A stretch of DNA of 42,159 nucleotides from Bifidobacterium breve (GCA_945861775.1 CAMAVT010000003.1:1-42159); one strand, 5' to 3'. Counted from the stretch's first letter, positions 1-9,632 are shown. Notes: generated by a model from the sequence alone, not told the origin. Numbers and translations are program-made.

Positions 1-1
1 C

Positions 2-244
2 GCATTAACAATTGATTCGGGGATGAACCTCTCTGACGAAGAACTCGTCGAACTCACCAAGATCTGTGATATGAATTTGGAAGTTGAGATAGCGCTCGAT
101 TCAACTGGGTTAATTAGTTCCATAATTAAAACTTTTAATTGCGTGGGTAATGAGCGCGTAAGTGTCACACAACTTGCCGATTTTGGTTCGCCAATCGAAC
201 TTTCAACACCTGATAATGCGTTCGAAGTTGACCCAAATCAGTAA
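2..244 (+). CDS. 3' end of a hypothetical protein, probably a lipoprotein or secreted protein (5'-truncated by the window)
   Basis: Frame is open from base 2 (ALTIDSGM...). The C-terminal DFGSPIELSTP resembles the DFG-x-P-V-x-I-x-x-P ending of actinobacterial LppX/LprAFG-like lipoproteins. Confidence 0.45.
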   Translation, partial: ALTIDSGMNLSDEELVELTKICDMNLEVEIALDSTGLISSIIKTFNCVGNERVSVTQLADFGSPIELSTPDNAFEVDPNQ

Positions 245-248
245 CGAA

Positions 249-1577
249 CTACGTGCCAAGTAGGTAACTGATTCCCTTTTGTGATTTAGCACCGGTCACG
301 CGCAGGACACACAGGCCACTTCGCAGCAGAGCCACCTGAGAACCCTTAATGGTGCAAATCCCGCGAGATGAAGGCGCTACTCGAACCCGTGGTTTTACCC
401 CAGATTGAGTTGTGACGCCGGCCCACCGTGCAACAAGTTGCTGCGTGAGCCTTGCTGGTGCGGTGCGTACCCCGTTGACAACGATTGCTTCCACCGGTGT
501 TGATGTGGCGCTCGAGCCCAGGCTATTTATTGCTTGCACAACGACCGATAACACGGTCCCAGCCGGTTGATCCTTGACCACACACGGTGACGTAGCGACT
601 TCGCATACCGGGGTTAACTCACCCGTTTGGCTGAGGAGGGAAACTTGGTAACCGCTAATGGCGAGACCACCGGTGTACGTTGGAGCGCTCCAACTCACCA
701 AAACCCGATCTTCTGGCCGGGAAGTAGCAGTGACGTCGACCGGCGGATTGGGGATTGATGTTAATGGTGGAACGTATTGATTAATCCATGGTAGGAATGT
801 CGTGATTCGAGCGTATATTCCGGGGAAGTTCGCAAGCGCGCAGTCATTTCCCACACTTGTTAGTCCTGCCAGAACCGCGCCTGCTGCCGTACTCACGACG
901 AGCGGTCCCCCACTGTCACCCTGACAGGTATCAACTCCACCGCCGACATTGCCAGCGCAGATTTTGTCAAAACTAGTGAACGAACTCCCATAAGAACCAC
1001 ACGTATTCTCGTTTGGTCCACCGAGAATCGAGACATTTGCCGCTGATAAAGCGTCACTGTATCCACCGCCAAAACTCGTACTTCCCCAGCCAGAGATCTG
1101 AGCTGTAGTTCCTGCGGCCGGCCACGTTGCGGGATCTTGGGTTAAAGGGAGGGCAATCGGCTGCACATTAGATGAGAAGGTGAGCGGAGTAGTTAGTTGC
1201 AACAGAGCTATGTCGCCGTTAAAGGTCGTCGAATTCCAAGATGGATTAATCGTGATTCCTGACACCGCTAAGGCATTTTGACTTGAGCGCCCGCTCAGAT
1301 TGGTAATTCCAACAAATGCTGAGATGCTACTTGGGGTTGAACCGGCTACACAGTGAGCCGCGGTCACCAACCAAGAAGTACCAATGATTGAAGCGCCACA
1401 TAATGTTGGATTACTTGAATTTCGAATTGAAAGACTTGCCTGCCATGGAGTTGATGAAATTGTGATCGGTGCGCCACCGACAATTCGCGGAGATACTCCT
1501 TGAACCGGAGTTATCAGACCTAGAGCAACGATTAATGCGGCCCCAACAGCACATAGGGCAGTAAATTTTCTCCGCAC
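249..1577 (-). CDS. Secreted trypsin-like (S1A) serine protease with a fibronectin type III domain and a C-terminal Cys-containing module
   Basis: Signal peptide, mature N-terminus R|IVGG, triad motifs TAAHC / DIALL / GDSGGP, and Asp in DTCQGDSGG (trypsin specificity). FN3 signature: P..P..V...VSWSAP..GG..I.GY.V. Start moved to GTG 1577, which has a TATATT -10 at 1584-1589 (leaderless). Confidence 0.92.
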   Translation of the reverse strand: MRRKFTALCAVGAALIVALGLITPVQGVSPRIVGGAPITISSTPWQASLSIRNSSNPTLCGASIIGTSWLVTAAHCVAGSTPSSISAFVGITNLSGRSSQNALAVSGITINPSWNSTTFNGDIALLQLTTPLTFSSNVQPIALPLTQDPATWPAAGTTAQISGWGSTSFGGGYSDALSAANVSILGGPNENTCGSYGSSFTSFDKICAGNVGGGVDTCQGDSGGPLVVSTAAGAVLAGLTSVGNDCALANFPGIYARITTFLPWINQYVPPLTSIPNPPVDVTATSRPEDRVLVSWSAPTYTGGLAISGYQVSLLSQTGELTPVCEVATSPCVVKDQPAGTVLSVVVQAINSLGSSATSTPVEAIVVNGVRTAPARLTQQLVARWAGVTTQSGVKPRVRVAPSSRGICTIKGSQVALLRSGLCVLRVTGAKSQKGISYLLGT

Positions 1578-1653
1578 TGTGCGAATATACCTGCACACCC
1601 ACAACGCGGATGACCGCCATGTGCCAATGTAATGAGTGGCCTAGGCTTTCACT

Positions 1654-2820
1654 GTGCGAGTTGCCCTGTTGACCAAGGAATGGTCCCCCCAGATTTACGG
1701 TGGTGCAGGTGTTCACGTGGACTATTTGGTTCCAGCCTTGGCCGCGCATATTGCGGTGGACGTACATGCATTCGGTGAAAGCTTCCCCGACGCACGGGCC
1801 CACCGAACCCCAGAGTTTCTTGTTGGTGCGAACACCACTCTCGAGACACTCGGTGTGAACCTTGACATGGTCAACGTAATCTCACAAAGCCAAGTGGACC
1901 TTGTGCACTCACACACGTGGTACACGAACTTTGCCGGCCAATGTGCTGCATTTCTGCTCGACATCCCGCTAGTGATCACCGCCCACTCACTTGAACCGTT
2001 ACGGCCTTGGAAACAAGAGCAGCTCGGTGGCGGTTACCGAGTCTCTTCGTGGGTTGAGCAGAGTGCTTACGAGAACGCCTCGGCAGTTATTGCAGTATCA
2101 GCGCGGATGAAAGCCGATGTCCTGGATTGCTATCCCAATGTGGAATCGGAGAAAGTTCACGTAATCCACAACGGGATCAATACCGATATTTACCGACCTG
2201 ACCCCTCATTTGAGGCTGTCAACAAATACGGAATCAATGCGCAAAAGCCCTACTCGCTTTTCATTGGCCGAATCACTCGGCAGAAGGGTTTGGCTCACCT
2301 GTTACAGGCAGCAAAGAGTTTTGAACCGGAAATCCAGATTGTCCTGTGCACATCTGCCCCTGACACTCCTGAGATTGCAGCTGAAGTACACGAGCATGTG
2401 AGTGAACTCAAACACATGCGCGGCAATGAAAATGTCTTTTGGATTCAGGAACAGGTCCCTCGTTCAGAGCTCATTGCATTACTCACTCACGCAAGTGTTT
2501 TCACCTGTCCATCTATTTATGAACCCCAAGGAATTGTGAACCTGGAAGCCATGGCCTGTGAAACTGCCGTGGTTGCCAGCGATGTCGGTGGAATCCCTGA
2601 AGTTGTCCTCGATGGTGAGACGGGCGTGCTCGTTCATTACGACCAATTCGATCCCAAATCATTCGAAGTGAATTTTGCCAATGCGGTGAATCAGGTAGTC
2701 GCTGATAGTGAACTAGCGAAGCGGCTGGGAGCTGCCGGGCGCCAGCGAGTGATCAAGGACTTTGGCTGGGATTCGATTGCCGCGTCAACAATTGATGTTT
2801 ATGGGTCCGTGATCCGTTGA
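1654..2820 (+). CDS. glgA: GT4 glycosyltransferase, actinobacterial GlgA/GlgM (alpha-maltose-1-phosphate synthase)
   Basis: MRVALLTKEW.P.IYGGAGVHV, HSHTWY, HSLEPLRPWK.EQLGGGY, GRITRQKG, CPSIYEP.GIVNLEAMAC. TAGGCT -10 at 1642-1647. Confidence 0.93.
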   Translation: MRVALLTKEWSPQIYGGAGVHVDYLVPALAAHIAVDVHAFGESFPDARAHRTPEFLVGANTTLETLGVNLDMVNVISQSQVDLVHSHTWYTNFAGQCAAFLLDIPLVITAHSLEPLRPWKQEQLGGGYRVSSWVEQSAYENASAVIAVSARMKADVLDCYPNVESEKVHVIHNGINTDIYRPDPSFEAVNKYGINAQKPYSLFIGRITRQKGLAHLLQAAKSFEPEIQIVLCTSAPDTPEIAAEVHEHVSELKHMRGNENVFWIQEQVPRSELIALLTHASVFTCPSIYEPQGIVNLEAMACETAVVASDVGGIPEVVLDGETGVLVHYDQFDPKSFEVNFANAVNQVVADSELAKRLGAAGRQRVIKDFGWDSIAASTIDVYGSVIR

Positions 2821-3785
2821 GCGACATTGCAGAACCAATTCCCGGTATTCCGCTCGACAAGGTGCCACATCCATTTACCGGATATGCCCTTTACCTTTCC
2901 GCAGCGCTGATTTTTGCACTCAATGGAACTGTCGCAAAATCCATATTACTGACCGGGATTGACCCGGCTCGACTTGCCCAACTTCGGGTGACCGGTGCGT
3001 TCCTAGTGCTACTGGTCTATCTCGCACTTCGAAACCCAACCGCCTTGCGCCTCACTAAAAGAGAAATTCCGATGTTGATCGCCTATGGAATTCTTGGTGT
3101 TGCTGGGACGCAGTATCTGTACTTCGTCGCTCTCACCTACCTGCCGGTCAGTATTGCCCTGCTCATTGAATTCACCGCACCGCTCATCATCGCTTTGTGG
3201 TTTCGATTTGTGTGGAAAGAACCTACAAAAAAGAGTGTTTGGGTTGCCCTCGGAATGGCCCTGGTCGGTTTGGCGCTCGTTGCTCAGGTCTGGCTCGGTT
3301 TTGCGCTGAATGCGGTTGGAGTTTTGGCGGCCCTTGCAGCGGCCGTGTCACTGTCAATTTTCTATATTTTGGGTGACAAGCAATTGCGCGTGGCTAACCC
3401 GCGTGATCCTATTTCCCTGACCATGTGGGGATTCGCCGCTGCGTCGTTGTTCTGGCTGTTTGTCCAACCCTGGTGGACATTCCCGTGGGAGGCACTCTCG
3501 GGGAATTCCGAACCACTCAGCGATGCGAATATCTCTTTCCCCATTTGGGTCATGATGATTTGGATGATCCTCTTCGGGACGGTTATCAGTTTCTCACTGG
3601 TGCTCGCATCGATGAAACACCTTCGCGCTTCACAGGCATCCACCGTTGGCCTCACCGAGCCACTTTTTGCCACCCTGATCGCGTGGATTCTACTTGGTGA
3701 AGCCCTTTCGACAACCCAAATTATTGGTGGGGCCTTGATTCTGCTCGGCGTTTTTATCGCCGAGCGGGCTCGTCTCACGACTTAA
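2817..3785 (+). CDS. EamA/DMT family transporter
   Basis: About 10 hydrophobic helices in two repeats, with IALLIEFTAP and VGLTEPLFA motifs. 4-nt overlap with the glgA stop. Confidence 0.88.
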   Translation: MSDIAEPIPGIPLDKVPHPFTGYALYLSAALIFALNGTVAKSILLTGIDPARLAQLRVTGAFLVLLVYLALRNPTALRLTKREIPMLIAYGILGVAGTQYLYFVALTYLPVSIALLIEFTAPLIIALWFRFVWKEPTKKSVWVALGMALVGLALVAQVWLGFALNAVGVLAALAAAVSLSIFYILGDKQLRVANPRDPISLTMWGFAAASLFWLFVQPWWTFPWEALSGNSEPLSDANISFPIWVMMIWMILFGTVISFSLVLASMKHLRASQASTVGLTEPLFATLIAWILLGEALSTTQIIGGALILLGVFIAERARLTT

Positions 3786-3835
3786 TGAATTGTTCTCAAA
3801 ACAAATCGAACTACTGCCAGTGTCATAATGTGTAG

Positions 3836-5023
3836 ATGGGTGAGAAACGAGTACTAATTGTTGGTGGCGGACTTGGTGGCCTTCGAACTGCCGAAGCGTT
3901 ACGCGCTAATGGATTCATCGGAGAAATTGCAATTGTGGGTGACGAGGAATACCAACCCTACAATCGACCACCACTTTCCAAAGAGGCATTGAGTTCTGGG
4001 CTTTCGCACGATGAACTCAAATTCCGACAACGTGATTCAGTGGCTGACGTCACGTGGACTCTCGGCAGCGGGGTCGAGAAACTGGACACGGATGCCCGCG
4101 AAGTAACACTCGCTAATGGAACTACCGAAAAATTTGATGCACTCGTGGTCGCAACCGGTATCCGTCCACGGCTGCTCCCTATCCCTGGCCCAACACAGGG
4201 GCTGCACACGTTAAGAACTATCGACGATGCCCGATCGTTGAAAGATGCAATTACACCGGGGAGCAATGTAGTAATTATTGGAAGTGGGTTTATCGGCTGC
4301 GAACTCGCAGCAACGGCAACCAAACTTGGCGCTACGGTGCACGTGGTCTCTCTCGATGATCAACCAATGATCATGCCCATGGGCGCTGACCTTGGAGCGG
4401 CTATGCGCAGACGTCATGAAGAAAAGGGTGTTACCTTTCACCTTGGTCGTACCGTTTCACAGTTCAATGGTGAAGCCCGCATTGAAAGTGTGACACTTGA
4501 TTCGGGTGAGATACTCCCGGCGGACGTCGTCGTAGAAGCAATCGGTTCTGTACCAAACACCGAATGGCTGAAAGACAACGGTCTCAATCTTGATAACGGT
4601 GTTCTCGTTGATTCCAATATGCGTGCTGTTGGATCCACTCTGCCCATCTACGCCGTCGGTGACGCGTCCAACCATCCCAACAAGCTTTATGGTGATAAAA
4701 CTCGTCGCATTGAACATTGGAACATGCCAACCGAAACGGGGAAACGCGCTGGCGCCGCGCTGGCCGCTGAACTCGCCGGATCCCAATTACCAACAGATGA
4801 GTTCTTCGCTCTCCCAGCATTCTGGTCGGATCAATACGAATTCAAGTTGCAGTCCTACGGTCTTCCGGGCGCCGCAAGTACTAGCAAAGTTGTCAGCGGC
4901 CATCTTGACGGACCATGCATCGTTGAATACTTCAACAGCGATAACGAACTGTGCGGTGTAATAGGAATTGACACGGTAAAAGAACTTATGCCATACCGCA
5001 AGCAATTTATGGAGATGAAATAG
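3836..5023 (+). CDS. FAD/NAD(P)-dependent ferredoxin reductase (putidaredoxin-reductase/GR type)
   Basis: GGGLGG, PYNRPPLSK, ATG, IGSGFIGCE, YAVGD, RIEHW, FWSDQY. CATAAT -10 at 3824-3829. Confidence 0.9.
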   Translation: MGEKRVLIVGGGLGGLRTAEALRANGFIGEIAIVGDEEYQPYNRPPLSKEALSSGLSHDELKFRQRDSVADVTWTLGSGVEKLDTDAREVTLANGTTEKFDALVVATGIRPRLLPIPGPTQGLHTLRTIDDARSLKDAITPGSNVVIIGSGFIGCELAATATKLGATVHVVSLDDQPMIMPMGADLGAAMRRRHEEKGVTFHLGRTVSQFNGEARIESVTLDSGEILPADVVVEAIGSVPNTEWLKDNGLNLDNGVLVDSNMRAVGSTLPIYAVGDASNHPNKLYGDKTRRIEHWNMPTETGKRAGAALAAELAGSQLPTDEFFALPAFWSDQYEFKLQSYGLPGAASTSKVVSGHLDGPCIVEYFNSDNELCGVIGIDTVKELMPYRKQFMEMK

Positions 5024-5026
5024 CCC

Positions 5027-6544
5027 GTGAGTGTGAACTTTCCGCAAGGCGGAGACCATAAACGCAGTACAACTGCAACGGGTCGGGCAATTTTTGCTGA
5101 CTCGGTGCGTGCGATTGACCCGGCACTCGCGGCTCGAATAGAACATACAAAAGATTGGCGCAAGGGCTACATTGAACCTCTGCGCGAAATTGTGATCGCA
5201 GCCTCGCACACCCATGACGCGGCGATTCAGATCTCACGTGCGGGGCTTGAGTCAGCTCACCGGCGCTTTGTTTTCGCCCAATCGCACGGTGATATCCCCC
5301 TAGATTCAGCCATGAACGCAACAGCCCCTGTCATTGAATCCGTTTCGGTTGCTGGGCGTGCCTCCCGTGAAGAGACCCTCTCTATTGTTTATCGGGGACA
5401 GAGGATCTTCGGGAGTGACCTGCGTAGGCAGATTGATAAATGGGTTGGTGATGGAATTGCAGAGCCAAGTTTCGGCGCTGCACTTCATCTGCTTATGGAC
5501 AACCCAGACTGGCTCGACCTGTCCGGTACCGACATCGCGGTCCTCGGTGCTGGCGCAGAAATGGCTCCAACCCGATCCCTGCTTCGGTGGGGTGCACGAA
5601 TCCATGCCCTCGATTTGCCACGACCTGAGATTTGGCAACGACTCATTGAGATTGCACGAAATACTTCCGGCTCAATCAGGATACCCATCAGTCCAGGTGC
5701 ATCAGGTGCCATGCCGTTTGTCACCGGTGGGACAGTGCACACCGAAGACGACCAGGTTGTCGCCGCCGCAAGTGGTGTTGACCTCCTCGAACAACCGGGT
5801 GCGATTGTCAACTGGCTCAATGAAATTGACAACCCATTTATCCTCGGCAACTACACCTATGCTGACGGCCCGATACATGCAACATTGAGTATGGCTGTTG
5901 ACGCGATCTTTAAAAAGCTAGACACCCAACGCAAAGACATCACTCTTGCATTTCTGGCCACCCCAACGGATGTTTTCATGGTCCCCATGTCGTGCGTTGA
6001 AGAATCGCGCGAACGTTGGAATGCCCGAGGCATCAGTGGGTTCCTTCAAACACCGCTTCGCGCATTCGGTCAGTTTGAACCGAATTACCCCCGCACTTAC
6101 CAAACTAAAAGTGGGATAGAAGTAGGACTCAACGACTCACTTGTCCCACAGCAAGGTCCCAACTATTTACTTGCAAAAAGAATTCAACGTTGGCGCGCAC
6201 TTGCCGCTCGCGCCGATGGCGTACCCGTCTCTCTCAATCTTGCTCCAGCGACTCGAACTCAATCGGTTGTAAAGAATCGAGCACTCGCAGCCGCATATGC
6301 TGGCGCTGGGAGGTTCGGTGTCGAAGTATTTGAACCAGCCACCTCAACAGCCCTCATGGCAGCACTACTGGTCCACGACTTACGCAATCCACTCTCAGCA
6401 GCAAATCCGAGTACGACCCTGAACAACCCGATGGACTTGTTCGTTGTCGGTGCTAATCACGGCGGCCTTTGGCGCACGGCTTATGCACCTCGATCAGTCC
6501 TCGGGGTTGCAGCGCTATTGGGCATGTTTGAGTCACGGGCTTAA
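5027..6544 (+). CDS. Conserved hypothetical protein with a Rossmann-like motif
   Basis: 505-aa ORF 3 nt downstream of the reductase. Motifs IAVLGAGAEMAP, QQGPNYLLAKR and HGGLWR; function not recognised. Confidence 0.7.
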   Translation: MSVNFPQGGDHKRSTTATGRAIFADSVRAIDPALAARIEHTKDWRKGYIEPLREIVIAASHTHDAAIQISRAGLESAHRRFVFAQSHGDIPLDSAMNATAPVIESVSVAGRASREETLSIVYRGQRIFGSDLRRQIDKWVGDGIAEPSFGAALHLLMDNPDWLDLSGTDIAVLGAGAEMAPTRSLLRWGARIHALDLPRPEIWQRLIEIARNTSGSIRIPISPGASGAMPFVTGGTVHTEDDQVVAAASGVDLLEQPGAIVNWLNEIDNPFILGNYTYADGPIHATLSMAVDAIFKKLDTQRKDITLAFLATPTDVFMVPMSCVEESRERWNARGISGFLQTPLRAFGQFEPNYPRTYQTKSGIEVGLNDSLVPQQGPNYLLAKRIQRWRALAARADGVPVSLNLAPATRTQSVVKNRALAAAYAGAGRFGVEVFEPATSTALMAALLVHDLRNPLSAANPSTTLNNPMDLFVVGANHGGLWRTAYAPRSVLGVAALLGMFESRA

Positions 6545-6559
6545 CCTGCGGTCAGGGCA

Positions 6560-6625
6560 TAGGAAAACCCGCGTAACGGGGGGGTGTCACGCGGGTTTTC
6601 GATCAGCTTGAGTTTCTCAACTGAT
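6560..6625 (-). ncRNA. Candidate small RNA of about 65 nt with two hairpins, the second carrying a C7 loop (6C-like)
   Basis: Minus strand reads ATCAGTTGAG-AAA-CTCAAGCTGAT, then GAAAACCCGCGTGAC-ACCCCCCC-GTTACGCGGGTTTTC. The second stem pairs fully only on the minus strand (G.U wobble). CAGACT -10-like box at 6632-6637. Both flanking genes are on the plus strand. Confidence 0.5.
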
Positions 6626-6707
6626 GGCTTTAGTCTGCCCGAATAATTTGCACTTCGCCACATTTAATTCGAAGGTTGTGGATGGCAACCCGACTAGTCT
6701 TGTGGCT

Positions 6708-7316
6708 GTGAACAGCGGCGAACTCAGTGTGATTTTGCTCGCCGGTGGGTCCAGTCGCCGAATGGGAAGCGATAAAGCAAACGTAGAGTTTGGGAGTGGT
6801 ACCTTGCTCACTTTTCAATTAGAACAAATCCCTAGTACATTCTCCGTGGTCGTGGTCGGTGAATCCATCGACATCAAACCAACAATCAACTGGCCCACGA
6901 TCACCTGCACTCGTGAGAATCCACCGGGTGCGGGGCCAGTTGCTGCGGTTGCCGCTGGATTGGAACATGTCAATACTCCGGCCATTGCATTGCTCGCAGT
7001 TGATGCACCATTTGCATTACCCCGCCTTCTCCGATGCAATCTTGACCCGAATTCACATGCATTGATCCCACGCGAGCACGGTGGCAAGATTCAGTACCTG
7101 GCCGGCTTGTACCGCAGTGAATCCCTTCGGCGCGCACTTGAGCAACTGGGCTCTCCTACAGATAAAAGTATGCGCGAACTGACAGCTCACCTACCATCAA
7201 TTGACTATCTTGAACTGGGTCCAGAAGATGGCCAGGACTTTATGGATATTGATACCCCACAGGATTTGGTGACCGCACGAGAGTTTCTGCGCACGCACCC
7301 TAGAGTCAAGCCATGA
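6708..7316 (+). CDS. mobA: Molybdenum cofactor guanylyltransferase-like NTP transferase
   Basis: LLAGGSSRRMGSDKA, E.PPGAGP.AA, LAVDAP, DIDTPQDL. Start reassigned to GTG 6708 (TAGTCT -10 at 6695-6700). Confidence 0.85.
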   Translation: MNSGELSVILLAGGSSRRMGSDKANVEFGSGTLLTFQLEQIPSTFSVVVVGESIDIKPTINWPTITCTRENPPGAGPVAAVAAGLEHVNTPAIALLAVDAPFALPRLLRCNLDPNSHALIPREHGGKIQYLAGLYRSESLRRALEQLGSPTDKSMRELTAHLPSIDYLELGPEDGQDFMDIDTPQDLVTAREFLRTHPRVKP

Positions 7317-7558
7317 ACGAATGGCTACAGGAAGTGATCAAGGCACTGAACCTCGGTGAGGTTACCCAGGGCGTGAGCGATTCAGATCTCAAGGCGATCC
7401 TCGACGGAGCGCGGCACGCAGCCCACCAGGTTGAACGCCCCGCTGCTCCCGTAACCACCTACTTGATGGGGATGGCGGTCGCTCGCGGTGGCGACATACA
7501 AGAAATCTCAGACACGATTGAAGCCCTGGCCAAGACCTGGGCGCAGAAGGACAGCTAG
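7313..7558 (+). CDS. Small actinobacterial Moco-cluster protein (DUF6457-like)
   Basis: W...V..AL...ILD.AR.AAH.VERPAAPVTTYL.G pattern, located between mobA and moeA. Confidence 0.75.
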   Translation: MNEWLQEVIKALNLGEVTQGVSDSDLKAILDGARHAAHQVERPAAPVTTYLMGMAVARGGDIQEISDTIEALAKTWAQKDS

Positions 7559-7562
7559 ACAC

Positions 7563-8732
7563 GTGGTGACAGATCACAGCGCTACGCACACCGAAAACTC
7601 CTGGGAACAAGTACGCCAATTTGCCTACTCATTTGCTCACAAAGGTCGAACAGAGGTCATATCACTTGATGCAGCCGACAAAAGAATGTGCGCCGATAAT
7701 CTAGTCGCTTTGACAAGCCTTCCGTTTGCCAATTCAAGTTCAATGGACGGCTGGGCGGTTAACGGCAACGGTCCGTGGACACTGACCACCGCGCCACAAC
7801 TTGAAATAGATCAAGCGAGCATTCTCACCACGGGCGCCGTACTTCCCGTTGGAGCGCAGGCAATTCTCAGAACCGAGGACGGAGTCCTTGTAGGTGATCA
7901 CCTAACAGCCAACACGAACAAAAGCGCCAATACCGAAGACATTCGCATTGCGGGTGAAGAGTGCCAAATGGGTCAAACTCTGTGTACTCCCGGAGCGACC
8001 CTCAATCGGGCACTGATCGGCTTACTCGCTGCAACCGGAAATGATCAAATCAAGGTTTTTGCGCAGCCCTGCGTCCAAGTAATTGTTACTGGGGATGAAC
8101 TCCTCGCAAGTGGGCTGCCAACGCGAGAACATGTACGCGACTCACTCGGAATCCAAATCCCAATGTGGCTAAAACGCATGGGGGCGCAGGTACTGCCGGT
8201 GCTTTACATTGGAGACCAAGCAGAAGAAATATCGGCAGCACTAATTGCGTCACCGGCTGACATTGTGCTGACAACCGGTGGAACCGCGGCCAGTGCAAAA
8301 GATCACTTCATCGACGCTATTTCATTTGCAGGCGGTGAGGTTCATTTTGACAGCGTTGCCGTGCGACCGGGACACCCCATGAAATTTGCAGCGGTACCCA
8401 ACCCCGCAGGGCAACAAATCCCGGTAGTAGGCCTGCCCGGAAACCCATTGGCCGCGATTGTTGCCCTTATAACACTTGTCCAACCGATGCTGAACAAACT
8501 TCTGGGTCAGCAACTGCAACCTTTGATTCCCGTTACAACAGCACGTTCACTTGAGGCTGGTAAGTCAGGGACAAGACTTGCACCCGGTTGGGTGACCGAC
8601 TCAGGATTCATGCCAGCCGAATTTGGCGGCTCCGCAATGTTGCGTGGTCTGAGCACCTCAACCGGATTCGGTGTTATTGACTCCGCGGTAAACAGCGGAG
8701 AGACGATTGCTTTCCTGCCACTTCCCGATTAG
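7563..8732 (+). CDS. moeA: Molybdopterin molybdotransferase MoeA
   Basis: P.F..SSMDGWAV, TTGA.LP.GA, TGDEL, TTGGT, RPGHP, GLPGNP, SAMLRGL. Start set at GTG 7563, after the upstream stop. Confidence 0.9.
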   Translation: MVTDHSATHTENSWEQVRQFAYSFAHKGRTEVISLDAADKRMCADNLVALTSLPFANSSSMDGWAVNGNGPWTLTTAPQLEIDQASILTTGAVLPVGAQAILRTEDGVLVGDHLTANTNKSANTEDIRIAGEECQMGQTLCTPGATLNRALIGLLAATGNDQIKVFAQPCVQVIVTGDELLASGLPTREHVRDSLGIQIPMWLKRMGAQVLPVLYIGDQAEEISAALIASPADIVLTTGGTAASAKDHFIDAISFAGGEVHFDSVAVRPGHPMKFAAVPNPAGQQIPVVGLPGNPLAAIVALITLVQPMLNKLLGQQLQPLIPVTTARSLEAGKSGTRLAPGWVTDSGFMPAEFGGSAMLRGLSTSTGFGVIDSAVNSGETIAFLPLPD

Positions 8733-8735
8733 GAA

Positions 8736-9596
8736 TTATTCGCACACGGACCCGTCTTTGTCCCGATCGATGTACCAGAAGTATGCGGCGTCCCTACCCT
8801 TTATGTAGGGTCCGTAGCCCGCTGCGATTGCTGCCCCACAAGTGTCAAAACGTGGATCGGTTGCAGAATTTGATGGGTTCGAACTGCTATTTGAATCCGA
8901 TGGCACAGTATTCGTAGCAGTCGTGGTTTGGGCTCTGGGCGGTATGTTCATTGTTCCCTTGCAATTGGACAGCAATTGACGCAACTTTGTTTTCTCTCGG
9001 CTGTCCACCGACAGCCGCCAACGAAACTTGACGCCAACCCAACTCTTTGCATACAAACAGAGATTTTCACTCGGTAACCAGTCACTGGGATCACGATCAC
9101 TTTTTGAACGATTGGAACTGGCGCTCACCGCGATCAAGGACAGAAGGTATCCCTGATCGTTTGCAAAACGCTCTCTCGTTGAACTATCCCAGCGCCAGGC
9201 ACCCGAATCCCAGGCTTCTTTTAAGGGAACAAAATGATCAATATCAAATGTGCTCGAATTAGTTGTGATTACACCGTCGTACTGTGACACCCACTTTCCA
9301 TTAACAACCTTGCAGTCAAAAACCGTCCCGGCGATTCTTTCAGCGATAAGCACTTCCTCGCGAGTATCACAACCATCGGAATCAAGATCAGACCAATGCC
9401 GGAATAGATCGCGGTTATAGCCGGAAGTTACTTCATTGGAGACCGGGAGGGAGTTCAAAAGACGGACCGGATCAACCTTGGACGCGGATGTTGCGGTCGG
9501 TGAGAACCCAAGTGAGTATCCAAGTGAGATCGCAGCGATCAGTGCCAGCACGAAAAGTCGCTGGAGAAAAGTCTTGCGGTCTGGGAACGAAAACAT
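8736..9596 (-). CDS. Secreted HNH-family (DUF1524-like) nuclease with a C-terminal Excalibur Ca-binding domain
   Basis: N-terminal hydrophobic helix; GYNRDLF.HW.D.D.DGCDTR, IDHFVPL.EAW.SGA, NRSKSD. Ser/Thr/Asn linker followed by DPRFDTC..A...GYGPY....D..Y.WY.DRDKDG.VCE. Confidence 0.88.
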   Translation of the reverse strand: MFSFPDRKTFLQRLFVLALIAAISLGYSLGFSPTATSASKVDPVRLLNSLPVSNEVTSGYNRDLFRHWSDLDSDGCDTREEVLIAERIAGTVFDCKVVNGKWVSQYDGVITTNSSTFDIDHFVPLKEAWDSGAWRWDSSTRERFANDQGYLLSLIAVSASSNRSKSDRDPSDWLPSENLCLYAKSWVGVKFRWRLSVDSREKTKLRQLLSNCKGTMNIPPRAQTTTATNTVPSDSNSSSNPSNSATDPRFDTCGAAIAAGYGPYIKGRDAAYFWYIDRDKDGSVCE

Positions 9597-9597
9597 G

Positions 9598-9632
9598 TAA
9601 CCCCCTTGTTGTGAACTATAACAAGGGGGTTA
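9598..9632. promoter_or_regulatory. 13-bp perfect inverted repeat covering the nuclease RBS (terminator or translational hairpin)
   Basis: TAACCCCCTTGTT (9598-9610) pairs with AACAAGGGGGTTA (9620-9632). On the minus strand the 3' arm ends 1 nt before ATG 9596. Confidence 0.6.

Noticed and set aside
6624-6707. N-terminal extension of mobA
   Set aside because: It overlaps the hairpin/promoter region; the leaderless GTG 6708 fits the family N-terminus better.
7488-7562. N-terminal extension of moeA
   Set aside because: It overlaps the DUF6457-like gene; GTG 7563 or 7566 is more plausible.
8736-9596. HNH nuclease as an anti-phage defence or mobile element
   Set aside because: The signal/TM segment and Excalibur domain point to an extracellular DNase, and there are no defence-system neighbours.
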